64,000 bases of DNA from Eledone cirrhosa (Eukaryota). This document shows, piece after piece, positions 36,782 through 52,818 of this stretch. Position 1 is the stretch's first letter; the number at the start of each line of letters is the position of its first letter. The notes below the pieces were generated by a model. The model ran no database searches. It was given only the letters and a program-made list of their open reading frames with translations, and was not told the origin of the DNA. The DNA lies in assembly GCA_964016885.1 (NCBI GenBank), contig OZ024753.1:23064001-23128000 (forward strand), in the 5' to 3' direction. The translations under genes and the position numbers were made by a program.

Positions 36782-37972
36782 CAACACAAGAAGATGTGAA
36801 CTCCCCTCAAGCTATAGGGACTTCTACAGAACAAGAAAACACCTCTCGGCCAGACCTCCCTCAAGCTATATGGACAATTACAACACGCTAGGTTGTGAAC
36901 TCCCCTCAAGCCATAGGGAACAACCCAGGCGGAGCAGACACCATGATAGCCTAGAGACAGAATCGGACACAGCCATAATAATCTGGCCAACATCTATAAC
37001 ACAAACACTTTTAATTTACCAGATTTCTGACTCTAAAGTTCCAATCTTAAATCTTGATTTCTCTATATTAATTTGTTATTTGTTTTCTGCCCTCTTCACT
37101 GTATAACCTTATATTTATATTTATTTTAAGTTGAGATAGATTATAATACAAACACATTGAATATCTCATCTTAACATCTTGTATCATACCAATCTATCCA
37201 ACATATTCTGACCTTGAGATTGGTTATAGCACACACACACACACACTTTATCCTACATTATTTCTCACTTCTCCATATACATTATCATTACTTTTTCACC
37301 AATCTCTCATTTACTCTTTATTCTTTATTCTCTATTTATTTATTTATTTTCAAATTACACAAATTATATTAATTATTTTATTTTATTATATTATTTATTT
37401 ATCTTCTGTTTTCTTCATTTATTGCCTTATATTTCTTCATATACATGAAATAACCCCCCCCCCCGCCACCACCACTACGTTGGTGGCGGGTGGGATGAAG
37501 AGAAAACACAAACTGAATACTTCTAAACTGTTAGCAGCAGCAAGATATAAGCTGACCACTACAACAACAACAGTACCAAAATAATGGTGGAGGTCAAATG
37601 TACTGAACAATAGCAGGCATAAACACTACAGGGAGCCTCACCCCAGAAAGAATTCTATAGACTTCTGACTGAGGAATGCTCTCAGAACTGAACAATGGGA
37701 AGTTTGACACATTTTTTGATATTTTGTTCCTTCAACACCTTGTCCCTTCTACCATTTTATCAATTTTTAAGCTAACTCCAACAATGACAACACTAATAAC
37801 TGACCAATGAGAGGAGAAGGGGACCTGTGACACTAAAATTCGTTTGTTTGAATTCATATGACTCCAGTTCCCCAGTGAATTAACAACCCAACAAGGAAAT
37901 GGGCATATCAGAGTATTGACAATATCATACACCTAAACAACATATGTACTTGTCTATACCATACTAATTCAA

Positions 37973-38027
37973 ACTGCCTGAAGAGGTCACAGCCAAAGAT
38001 GGCTGTCACTGAAATATATATAGCAGT
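37973..38027 (+). ncRNA. Type I hammerhead ribozyme, family D (also 32270-32324, 52862-52916; core-mutated at ~53333)
   Basis: ACTGC-CTGAAGA-..ACAGCC/GGCTGT..-GAAA-TATATA-TA-GCAGT, then AATAAA. Confidence 0.88.
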
Positions 38028-38175
38028 AATAAACGAAGCTAAATTTTAATCATTTGACTTTTATTTAACTTTATTTTACACTACTCCGGAGTAACCAAAC
38101 CAACCTGCGCACTTCGTCGAGTGCTCCAGCCTGCATACTGAGGTGTTGGTATACAACCAACATAAACTCAAAATC

Positions 38176-38383
<208 letters not shown>

Positions 38384-38418
38384 TATAAATATATATATAT
38401 ATATAAATATATAAATAT

Positions 38419-38455
<37 letters not shown>

Positions 38456-38466
38456 AATATGTATAT

Positions 38467-38545
<79 letters not shown>

Positions 38546-38554
38546 AATATGTAT

Positions 38555-38721
<167 letters not shown>

Positions 38722-38730
38722 TATAAATAT

Positions 38731-38781
<51 letters not shown>

Positions 38782-38782
<1 letters not shown>

Positions 38783-39329
38783 GTAGATAAATCTACCAAG
38801 AGTTTACGGTAGTGTCCAATCCGTATGAAGAACTCAATGTATTCCGGATATCATGGAAAGAAGAGATGTAATGAAAAATCACTTTCGGTGAAAGATAAAC
38901 GGAATACAGAGTCAAGATAAAATATTAAACAAATAATGAATAAAACAATGAAACAGTTCCTTATATTAAACAAAAAAAGTTCATTATTTAACGATCGTTT
39001 CTAGGATATATATGTGTTAGAATTGGTATGCATATTCAACAGATCTATGTACAAAATTATACAAAATTATACAAACTATCAAGATTAAATATACATACCA
39101 AACACACATATATGCCGTCTTCAGAAATTTCTGAAGACGGCATATATGTGTGTTTGGTATGTATATTTAATCTTGATAGTTTGTATAATTTTGTATAATT
39201 TTGTACATAGATCTGTTGAATATGCATACCAATTCTAACACATATATATCCTAGAAACGATCGTTAAATAATGAACTTTTTTTGTTTAATATAAGGAACT
39301 GTTTCATTGTTTTATTCATTATTTGTTTA

Positions 39330-39338
<9 letters not shown>
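38782..39338. mobile_element. Family F pLTR spacer-less palindrome (~38919-39338) plus tail module
   Basis: Centre ...GTCTTCAGAAA|TTTCTGAAGAC... near 39127. Confidence 0.85.
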
Positions 39339-39371
<33 letters not shown>

Positions 39372-39402
39372 TATAAATATATATATATATATAAATATAT
39401 AA

Positions 39403-39467
<65 letters not shown>

Positions 39468-40316
39468 CAGTATTTTCCGTTGTGTTGTAATATAAATATT
39501 ACACACAGTAGATTATCAGCTCACGTAGAGTTTGCTCGACGGTTCCAGTTGTAGTTCCAAAAGTAATCCGGAGAAAAATAGAAAGATTTGAATGGATACA
39601 GTTTAGTTGAAAGGAATTTATTGACACGTGTTTCTATAACAGTTACATAACCTAAAACAGCTATCTACAAACTTTTAGTTATGCAGACATTCAATATTTC
39701 AATGTTATTATTTACTGTCATTTCATCAGAATAATATTACTGAGGACCTATTTAGTTTTTATATAGAATATTAGGAGGGAGGGGTGAAGTTGTTAGAAGA
39801 ATAGTTGAAGGAGTGGTTTTTCGATAGCAGTGAGAATTCTTGGTGGCAGTGAGTAATCAGATTCCCATCTGTTGTTTTGACATTTTTTATAGAATATATT
39901 ATTGGTTATTTTTCTAAATCTATAGAAGGATTAGAGATAGTAAAGATATGCGTGGTTGGTTTTGTGTTTGCACTTAATTAACATTCAGACTTAAATTTTT
40001 CTTTCAAGTGTACGTATCCTTTCACCCACGCTTTCACACACAAATATATTTGCACACCTCTACAAAATACATATACTCACAATTCACATATTCATACTTA
40101 CATATATATACACATGCATACACATATATATACACACATGTATTCATGTACATACATACGCGCTCATGTGTATACATTTTCATACTCAACTTATCTTTAT
40201 ATACACACGTATAGACACACACATATATACATACATACTCTAGTCCATGTGTACACACATACACATACTTACACATCCATATACACATATATACATACAT
40301 ATATATACATATATAC

Positions 40317-40387
<71 letters not shown>

Positions 40388-40482
40388 TACATACACATAC
40401 ATACACACACATATACATATATATATATATATATATAAGCACTTTAATACATGAATACACTTACATCTAACTATACACATCA
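39468..40482 (-). mobile_element. Family E 3'UTR and tail fragment
   Basis: Direct repeat of 28155-29150. Confidence 0.88.
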
Positions 40483-40544
40483 TAAATATATATATATATA
40501 TAAATATATAAATATATATATAAATATATATATATCTATATATC

Positions 40545-40658
<114 letters not shown>

Positions 40659-40690
40659 TATATATAAATATATATATATCTATATATCTA

Positions 40691-40777
<87 letters not shown>

Positions 40778-40779
<2 letters not shown>

Positions 40780-40980
40780 AAAGTTATATTTAAAATTGTT
40801 GGGTTAAACCTCTTCAAATGGAAGTCGGTGTTATAACGGTATGTCGAATCTATTTATCTATAAAACTGTTTATATTGTATTTTGTCTGAGGAAGGCATAG
40901 CATATTGTTAATATGATATCCCCGAAATATATATAATGAAATAAATATGGTTTTATAAATATAGTTTCCATTTATTTAAT

Positions 40981-40985
<5 letters not shown>
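40778..40985 (+). mobile_element. Family A mini pLTR with inverted tail tip
   Basis: HHR 40879-40942; 40778-40806 matches the tail end at 19111. Confidence 0.75.
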
Positions 40986-41076
<91 letters not shown>

Positions 41077-41079
41077 AAT

Positions 41080-43201
41080 ATTTCGTTTCTGAATTTGTTT
41101 AGCAAGATTCTTTATCTGAAATCGTGTGTTGAAACCGATATTGTTATACTTTGGGAGGGTCATGTTGCCAATAAGAAACACACGCACCAGTTGCTTTCAC
41201 TTCAATTTATTATATATTTATAAATTTATAAATTTACAAATCCACAAACGTATAAATTTCTGGTTGGTTGGTTGGTTCCACAACCAGATAGTTGTTTATA
41301 TATAGTCATAGTCCTTTCGTCACACACTCTGTGACCTCTTCAGTGACTGGGGATTCCTTTCTTTGTTTCTGTGCCTTTCCTTTCTTCTGTCCTACGCCAT
41401 TTTGTTTCTGTATGTGTGTTGTGTGCTCAGTTTGCGCATGCGCCACATCCGGGTGTCTGTGTTTATTTGTGTTCATTTATCTATTTGTTTATTTATTTAC
41501 ATGTTGTTGGTTGGTTGTTTGTTCTATGTGTGTGTGTGTTTTCATTTTGTCCTTAATTGTAAGTTGTGATGTTGCTGTTCCACTCATATTTTCTATTTAA
41601 TTTTGGTTGTAATTCTTTTATGCTTACTGCCTAAACATTGCATCTTTTCTGTGTGTGGATTCTATTTTTATTAATATGTTCTCTAACTTACTCTTGTGTT
41701 CTATCTTAGAATGTTGGTAGAGTACAGATGATTCTTTATTATCTTGAAGGTCTCGCCAGTGTTCATTTATCCGTTCCCCTATACTACGAGCTGTCTCACC
41801 TATGTACACTATATTTTTGTTTCTACATTGTCCTTCAGTACATCTTATGCTATACACTACATTTCTAGTTTTACAGTTAATATGGGGGCTTATTTTACAG
41901 GTTATACATTTCTTATCTATACATGAGGGTCTTTGGAACGGGTATGTCTTGCTAATAAGTGTTTTTACGGAGGTACCTGGTCTTTCTACTATCTTAATAT
42001 TGAGTTTATGTTTATTTAGGGCCCTTCTAAATTTGTAGGCTAGTTCGCCTATAGGGGTTGTATTGATAAACATTACACTCTGGTATTTATTGCTATCATA
42101 CCATGAGTTTATTCTATTGGCCTTGTTCCTAGTTCTTTCTATTCTATTCCAAAATTTGCTCCTGTACAAGGGGCAGGTCCCATTTATGTCATTATTTACC
42201 ATTTTTTCCCATTTGGTTCTGGCTCCTCTATACACTGTGATTCTATCTCTCTGATTGTAGCCAGAGAACTGCATCCGGTGGATGAAGTGTTGTATGTGTC
42301 TCTCTAGTTCTTCCGGGTTGCACATGCGGGACACCTTTCTCATCACCCGTACCAAATCCGCAATCAGTATGTTGATTTTGGTATGGTCCGAAATGGCCGA
42401 GTTTCGGTGGATCAGATGTTTGGAAGTCATGGGTTTGGCATAATGGGAATGGAGGATTTGTTTTTGGTTGTTAATGGTATCTAACCAGAGCTCTGTGTCT
42501 AGTACAGGTAATCGATGGTTGGGGTGTCTACTTGGGTAGTCTATAGTAACTCTAATGATCTCGTGGATGGAGTTTGCTATTTGCTGGATGCTTTCCATTG
42601 TGTTTTTCTTTAGTTCCTGACTGTTCTCTAGTGGGGGTGTTTTAACTACGATGTTTATATCATCTACGTAGCGGGAGTACATTATCAGGGTTAAGCTGTC
42701 TTCTAATTGTTCTTTAAGTTTAAGTTGGAATTACAACCAAAATTAAATTGAAAATATGAGTGGAACAGCAACATCACAACTTACAATTAAGGACAACATG
42801 AAAACACACACACACATAGAACAAACAACCAACCAACAACATGTAAATAAATAAACAAATAGATAAATGAACACAAACACACACAGACACCCGGATGTGG
42901 CGCATGCGTAAACTGAGCACACAACACACACACAGAAACAAAATGGTGTAGGACAGAAGAAAGGAAAGGTACAGAAACAAAGATAGGAATCCCCAGTCAC
43001 TAAAGAGGTCACAGAGTGTGTGACGAAAGGACTATGACTATATATAAACAACTATCTGGTTGTGGAATCAACCAACCAACCAGAAATTTATAAGTTTGTG
43101 GATTTGTAAATTTATAAATTTATAAATATATAATAAATTGAAGTGAAAGCAACTGGTGCGTGTGTTTCTTATTGGCAACATGACCCTCCCAAAGTATAAC
43201 A

Positions 43202-43203
<2 letters not shown>
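41080..43203 (-). mobile_element. PLE family G (CCHH-type EN, Neptune/Nematis-like), 5'-truncated, with inverted pLTR 42728-43203
   Basis: RT/EN ORF; HHR 41304-41348 (AGTCA-CTGAAGA-GTCACA/TGTGAC-GAAA-GGAC-TA-TGACT). Confidence 0.9.
41624..42725 (-). pseudogene. PLE RT C-terminal half + GIY-YIG endonuclease (family G)
   Basis: RYVDD, LPVLD, YAKP, CIDKKCITC linker, VVYSIRC..C..YIGETARSIGERINEH..H. Confidence 0.9.
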
Positions 43204-43284
<81 letters not shown>

Positions 43285-43357
43285 AATATATAAATATATA
43301 TATATATATAAATATATATATATAAATATATATATATATAAATATATATATATAAAT

Positions 43358-43414
<57 letters not shown>

Positions 43415-43604
43415 AATATATAAATATATATATATATAAATATATATATATATAAATATATATATAAATATATATATATATATAAATATATAAATATATA
43501 AATATATATATATAAAAAAAATATATATATATATAAATATATAAATATATATATATATATAAATATATATATATATAAATATATAAATATATATATATAT
43601 AAAT

Positions 43605-43635
<31 letters not shown>

Positions 43636-43768
43636 AATATATAAATATATATATATATATAAATATATAAATATATATATATATATAAATATATATATAT
43701 ATAAATATATAAATATATATATATAAATATATATATATATAAATATATAAATATATATATATATAAAT

Positions 43769-43799
<31 letters not shown>

Positions 43800-43810
43800 A
43801 ATATATAAAT

Positions 43811-43841
<31 letters not shown>

Positions 43842-43852
43842 AATATATAAAT

Positions 43853-43885
<33 letters not shown>

Positions 43886-43920
43886 AATATATAAATATAT
43901 ATATATATATAAATATATAA

Positions 43921-44045
<125 letters not shown>

Positions 44046-44046
44046 T

Positions 44047-44079
<33 letters not shown>

Positions 44080-45115
44080 AAATATTAAAAAAATAATGAA
44101 TAAAACAATGAAACAGTTCCTTATATTAAACAAAAAAAGTTCATTATCTAACGATCGTTTCTGGGATATATATGTGTTAGAATTGGCATGTATATTTGAC
44201 AGATCTATGTACAAAATTATACAAAATTATACAAACTATCAAAATTAAATATACATACCAACTCATATATATGCCGTCTTCAGAAATAATGAAATATATT
44301 TATTGATAATAACAACAATTCAAAATTACAGGTCTGTTTGGGAACAGAGTTCAAATTGATCAATGGAAACACAAAAAGTTTATACAGTTAGGTGTGTGTA
44401 TATATGTAAGTAACTTCGTTCACAGATATGCATAAAAATATATGTTCACATGCATACGCATGCCGAAAAGATGTATGTATATACAAAAATTCAGGGCTAA
44501 TGTCTCTGTATGTTTATAATCTACAAATAAAATACATATACGCATATAAACATAAAAATAAATATATACATATTCATATACTCACACATATACATACATT
44601 CACACACACACGCGCATATATGCATAAACATACACACAACTACGAACATACATACACACACACACTCCCACACACATATATGTGTATATACTATTATCAT
44701 AAGCATATGGACATTAATGCGCGCACATAAACACTGCCACACATATTTAGATCCAGATACAGAAAGTAGGTGAGGGGGGGGGGGCGGAGAGGTCAGTATT
44801 TACTGGTGTCAGCAAACTGCCTATTTATAAATGTATCTATAAATTTAGAAATAAAAATAAAAAGAAAAAAGAAAAATATTAAGAAAATATATATATATAT
44901 ATAAACAAGTAAAATATAAAATATACATCGATATACATACATATATATATATATATATATACATACATATACATACACATATACATAAACACATACATAC
45001 ACATACATATACATACACACACCAACCATATACATACACATACACATACACACACGCGCATACATATAGAGACACATACATATACACATATAAATACATA
45101 GACATATACATATAT

Positions 45116-45175
<60 letters not shown>

Positions 45176-45227
45176 ATACCACATACATAAATACACTCAT
45201 GTATATACACATATACACATACATACC

Positions 45228-45273
<46 letters not shown>

Positions 45274-45274
45274 C

Positions 45275-45314
<40 letters not shown>

Positions 45315-45373
45315 ACACATACATGTACACATACACATATATAAAGATATATATATATACACACACATATATA

Positions 45374-45420
<47 letters not shown>

Positions 45421-45675
45421 TATACATACATACATATATATACTCATACATAGAATACATATATACACACACACATACACACATACATATACGCATATAT
45501 ACACATACATACACATCCATGTATGCGTATACACATACAAACACAACCACACGCTCACACAACTCAGACATACATAAATAAAGGGATATACATACACATA
45601 TATACATATATAAATAGAGATATATATACACATATAAATATATACACACATACACACACACACACATATACATAC

Positions 45676-45706
<31 letters not shown>

Positions 45707-46113
45707 CATACACACACACATATATATACATATATATATATATATACATATATATACATATATATAAAAATAAAGAAATAAAAAAAATGTTTGTTTAATA
45801 TAAGGAACTGTTTCATTGTTTTATTCATTATTTTTTTAATATTTTATCTTGACTCTGTATTCCGTTTATCTTTCACCGAAAGTGATTTTTCATTGCATCT
45901 CTTTTTTCCATGATATCCGGATTACATTGAGTTCTTCATACGGATTGGACACTACCGTAAACTCTTGGTAGATTTATCTACATAATTTTGCTCCTATTTT
46001 CACGGAAATATTCGTATTTTTGTACTGTATGTGTGTGTTAATTTTATATTTATGTATATACATATATATGTATGATTTTGTAAACCCATATACAGTTAGT
46101 TGAGCTCTTTCAA

Positions 46114-48575
46114 TTGTCCATCATCCATATCACAATTGAAAAACAATACTTGGGAACCTCTTTAAAGAATATACCAATACCTTCTAAGGATCACTTCTTA
46201 CTCCTTATGATTCAAAAAACCAACCAATTTATCAGAAGAGTTAGATGGAGGGCCTACCACTTCGATAAAAAATCTAAATATGCAGATAGGAAATATATGT
46301 ATGATTTCAATACTTACAAGAATCCACCACACAACTCTTTACTTGAAGACTTTGAGAAAGACCTTTTTGATTTAATTAAACACCTCAAATTTAAGAAGTA
46401 TAAATCTGTCTTTCAAAAGGACCTTGATTCTACCCTATTGGACCTAAAAAAGTCTAAAAAAATCCATGTCCACTCGGACAAACTGGTAACTTGTATCACA
46501 TGGATATTGAAGATTATAATGAGTTCATATATAAAGAACTCAGGAAAAATTATAAAAAATCTAATAATGCGTCACTCACCAACATCAACAATAAAACACA
46601 CAACATAGTAAAAAAACTAAACATTGAAGATAGAACTGAACCTTTGGCATTGAAAAGACCACACTTCAACCTGAAGGATCATAAATCAAACTTTAACTCA
46701 AATCCTTCTATAAGACTTATATGTCCCTCCAAATCTGATATTGGAATAATTAGCAAAAAAATTTTGGATAGAGTCATCCCACAAATAAGAAAACACGTTA
46801 ATTTACCACTCTGGGAAAACACTTCCCAGGTAATTAACTGGTTTAAAAATATTAGATGTAAATCTTCTGCTTCATTTCTACAATTTGATATAGATAATTA
46901 CTATTCTTCTATATCACCTATACTCCTGAACAAAGCATTGATATTTGCTAAAAATAGATCTAACTTAACTTTGGATGACATTAATATTATTACACATGCT
47001 AGACTAACACTTATTGAATTTCAGAATGAATACTGGACCAGAAACACATATAGTAATCTATTTGATATTACTATGGGTTCAAGCGATTCCGCCCAAATTA
47101 CTGATCTTGTGGGCCTCTTTCTCCTTTTCAACATAAATGCCTCCTTTCCCCACCTTAAAGGTGGTTTATATCGTGATGACTGTCTTCTTCTTTCCAACAA
47201 CCTTAGCCTTTCAGAAATAGAAAAAAACAAAAAGCATATTAGAACTTTCCTTAAAGACTATTATAGTCTTCATATTACTTTTGAAAAAACAAGTAAAGTA
47301 GTAAATTTCCTAGATATAACTTTAGACTTAGCTACGGGTATCTACCAACCTTACCATAAACCCAACCAAAACTTACACTACATACACTCACAATCTAATC
47401 ACCCTAAATCTATCCTTAAAAACCTTGCATATAATATATCAATTAGAATTTCTAACCTTTCTTCTAACCAAGATGTATTTGATAAAAATGCGACCTTCTA
47501 TAATGAAGCTCTAGATAGAAGTGGCCACAAAAATAGATTAGAATATATACCTTCTACTAAAAATAAAAATACTATAAACATACAACCTAATATTACCAAC
47601 AAACACCAAATGAAAAGTACACACCTAAATGCCACCCACACTATACCCCAAAATACCAACAACTCTTCTAATATAAAGTATAGTAACTCTCAAAAAACTA
47701 CTCATCATACAACTCTAATAAATGTTAATAATAAAACTCCTAATAAACAAGATAAAACACCTAAATCTATAAATCTAACTAAAAATGTGCGTGGTGAGAT
47801 CATTAACATTAATCCTCCTAGTAAACATCACGATACAACCTATAAAAATAATAAACAACATAGAAACCGTAATAGACGAGTTACTTGGTATAATGCTCCA
47901 TTTAATTTACAAATTAAGGATAATATTGCTAAAAAAATTTTTTATATCCTAGAGAAAAACTTCCCGCCAAACCACAAATACCATCAAATCTTAAATAGGT
48001 CTACAGTTAAATTCTCATACTCAACAACCAATAACATAAAACAAAATATAAGTGCCTATAATGCATATAAATGTAAGAATACCATAAGTATACCACCAAT
48101 ACATCAAACTAACCATAATATCTCCTCAAATACAGAATTAACGAAAGGTTGTAACTGTAGAAACAAAGCAAACTGCCCATTAAAAGGAAATTGTCTTGTT
48201 AACAACATAGTTTATAAATGTAATGTTAAAACTAAAGATTCTATTTGCTCATATATAGGAGCTACTTCTAACAATTTTAAGGTAAGGTTTAATACCCACA
48301 AACATAGTTTTAAAAATGCCGCACTGGCTAATACAACATCTCTAGCAGAAAAAATCAATAGTTATAAAAATAAGAATATAGAATATGATATGACCTGGAG
48401 TGTGCTCAAAAGAGCCACCCCTTATCAAAATAATAGAAATGAATGTAGATTATGTTCCCAAGAACTATTTGAAATAATGAAATCTAAGGATATCCTATTA
48501 AATAAACGACAGGAATTAATTATATCGTGTAATCATAAACTAAGAAAAACATTTAAATATTATAAACCTAATTAA
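46114..48575 (+). pseudogene. PLE RT + GIY-YIG ORF (family F), one frameshift near 46485
   Basis: SLKNIP, RVRWRA, SDK, LKDHK, QFDIDNYYSSI, GLYRDD, CNCRNKANCPL, YIGAT, CRLC, SCNH; no in-frame ATG at the predicted start. Confidence 0.93.
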
Positions 48576-48906
48576 TAACATTATTTTAGAAATTAATATA
48601 TAATTTAATTTAAATGTTAGTTAACCTATAAATTTAATTTAATTAAAATTCTACTACAGATGAGATTATAAAATATTGTGTAATCATAAATTGTGAAAAA
48701 CTTTTAAATATTACTAATATATACTTCGTAAATTAATTTGGTTAACCTAAAAATTTAATTTAATTGGCTTAAAATTAAAATCCTAATACAGATGGATTGC
48801 AGAGTGTCATGTAATCATAGACTGAGATAGGTTTTGGATGTATACCTAGTTAATATATTCTTTGCAATTTTTGAAAAAATATGTATATGTATATATATAT
48901 GTATGT

Positions 48907-48944
<38 letters not shown>

Positions 48945-49610
48945 ATGTATATATATATGTGTATATATTAATTTTAATTTCTGTTTACCTATAATTATAT
49001 TCTACTATAGATAAAATACAATATCTGTTTTAATTATTATAAACCTAATTAACATATACTATAGAAATTAATATATAATTTTTAATTTAGTTAACCTATT
49101 ATTTATATTCTACTACCGATGTAATATTTTATTTGGTTTTTTTCCCTATTACTTAATTAATTTCCTAATATTGATACCATAACGTTAATAATTTTAATTT
49201 AGTTATACTATAGTTAATACTCTACTACTATTTAACTTCAAAATTCCGCTTCAAATATTATAAACCTAAGTAATATACACCTTAGAAATCAATATATTAA
49301 CTATCTTTAATTTAGTTAACCTATAATTAATAGTCGACTTATATTAAAATGCATAATTTTGCCTTCTTTCTTACATTTCCTAATACTGAAACTACTATGT
49401 AAACACATATTATGATCTAAATGCAGATTAATATTCTATGTTTCTTGAAACCTATATTTACTATAATCCCCCCCCTCCCCCCTCCCTATTATTATTTGTA
49501 TTTGTAAGCGTGGATGTATGTATGTATATGTAGGTAGGTATGTATGTTTGGGTGTTTGTATGTGAGTATAAAAATACATATGTGCGCATGTAAATAAGGG
49601 TGTATGATTG

Positions 49611-49655
<45 letters not shown>

Positions 49656-49812
49656 ATGTATATATATGTATCTATGTATTTATGTGGGTATATGTATGTA
49701 TGTATATGTATGCGCATGTACACGTCTATGTGTATATGTGTGTATGTGTATATATGTACGTATATGTGCATGTATATGTGAGTGTGTGTATATTTATATA
49801 TATATCTATATG

Positions 49813-49846
<34 letters not shown>

Positions 49847-49891
49847 TGTAGTTGATGTGTGTATGTGTATATATATGTATGTATCTATGTG

Positions 49892-49948
<57 letters not shown>

Positions 49949-50385
49949 GTATATATTTATATATATGTATGTGTATGCATATTTGTCTGACTGGGTGTAT
50001 TAATTAATTAATTTATTTATTTATTTTATTTTATTTTTTTATTTCTTTATTTTTATATATATGTATATATATGTATATATATATATGTATATATATGTGT
50101 GTGTGTATGTATATGTATGTATGTATGTATGTGTATGTATATGTGTGTGTATGTATGTGTGTATATATTTATATGTGTATATATATCTCTATTTATATAT
50201 GTATATATGTGTATGTATATCCCTTTATTTATGTATGTCTGAGTTGTGTGAGCGTGTGGTTGTGTTTGTATGTGCATACGCATACATGGATGTGTATGTA
50301 TGTGTATATATGCGTATATGTATGTGTGTATGTGTGTGTGTATATATGTATTATATGTATGAGTATATATATGTATGTATGTATA

Positions 50386-50445
<60 letters not shown>

Positions 50446-50635
50446 GTGTGTGTATATATATATATCTTTATATATGTGTATGTGTACATGTATGTGTGTA
50501 TGTGTGTATATATATATATATATATATGTATATGTATATATATATATGTATATATATATATACATATATATATGTGTGTGGGTATGTATGTGTATATGTG
50601 TATATACATGAGTGTATTTATGTATGTGTGTATAG

Positions 50636-50669
<34 letters not shown>

Positions 50670-50867
50670 TGTGAATGTATGTATATATGTATGTGTGTAT
50701 ATATATGTATATATATATGTGTGTATATATGTATATGTCTATGTATTTATATGTGTATATGTATGTGTCTCTATATGTATGCGCGTGTGTGTATGTGTAT
50801 GTATATGGTGTGTGTATGTATATGTATGTGTATGTATGTGTTTATGTATATGTGTATGTATATGTAT

Positions 50868-50908
<41 letters not shown>

Positions 50909-51566
50909 TATCGATGTATATTTTATATTTTACTTGTTTATACATATATATATATATATTTTCTTAATATTTTTCTTTTTTCTTTTTCTTTTTCTTTTTC
51001 TTTTTCTTTTTCTTTTTCTTTTTCTTTCTAAATTCATAAATACATTTATAAATAGGCAGTTTGCTGACACCAGTAAATACTGACCTCTTCCCCCCCCTCA
51101 CCTACTTTCTGTATCTGGATCTAAATATGTGTGGCAGTGTTTATGTGCGCGCATTAATGTCCATATGCTTATGATAATAGTATATACACATATATGTGTG
51201 TGGGAGTGTGTGTGTGTATGTTTATTCGTATATGCGCGTGTGTGTGTGAATGTATGTATATGTGTGAGTATATGAATATGTATATATTTATTTTTATATT
51301 TATATGTTTATATGCGTATATGTATTTTATCTGTAGATTATAAACATACAGAGACATTAGCCCTGAATTTTTGTATTTACATAAATCTTTTCGGCATGCG
51401 TATGCATGTGAACATATATTTTTATGCATATCTGTGAACGAAGTTACTTACATATATACACACACCTAACTGTATAAACTTTTTGTGTTTCCATTGGTCA
51501 ATTTGAACTCTGTTCCCAAACAGACCTGTAATTTTGAATTGTTGTTATTATCAATAAATATATTTC

Positions 51567-51714
51567 ATTATTTCTGAAGACGGCATATATATGAGTTGGT
51601 ATGTATATTTAATTTTGATAGTTTGTATAATTTTGTATAATTTTGTACATAGATCTGTTAAATATACATGCCAATTCTAACACATATATATCCCAGAAAC
51701 GATCGTTAAATAAT
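51567..51714 (+). ncRNA. Type I hammerhead ribozyme with ~115-nt stem II, family F
   Basis: ATTATTT-CTGAAGA-(115 nt, partly self-complementary)-GAAA-CGATCG-TT-AAATAAT. Confidence 0.8.
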
Positions 51715-51911
51715 GAACTTTTTTTGTTTAATATAAGGAACTGTTTCATTGTTTTATTCATTATTTTTTTAATATTTTATCTTGACTCTGTATTCCGTTT
51801 ATCTTTCACCGAAAGTGATTTTTCATTGCATCTCTTCTTTCCATGATATCCGGATTACATTGAGTTCTTCATACGGATTGGACACTACCGTAAACTCTTG
51901 GTAGATTTATC

Positions 51912-51983
<72 letters not shown>

Positions 51984-51992
51984 TATATATAA

Positions 51993-52783
<791 letters not shown>

Positions 52784-52818
52784 TATATATATAGATATAT
52801 ATATATATATATAAATAT

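Larger units (their letters stand above)
44076..51915 (+). mobile_element. Near full-length Hydra-type PLE family F: inverted 3'UTR (44076-45790), 5' pLTR (45790-46110), ORF, ~3.3 kb 3'UTR
   Basis: 45790-45984 directly repeats 51722-51915; 44076-45790 is the reverse complement of ~50030-51780. Confidence 0.93.

Noticed and set aside
33303-36993. Antisense and overlapping ORFs in family D (178 aa, 111 aa, etc.)
   Set aside because: Shadow ORFs of GC-richer coding sequence, duplicated only because of the inversion
38818-38905. Antisense hammerhead in the family F tail (ATGAAGA...GGTGAAAGATAAACGGA)
   Set aside because: Core lacks C3 and stem III; better explained as the reverse complement of the structured tail module
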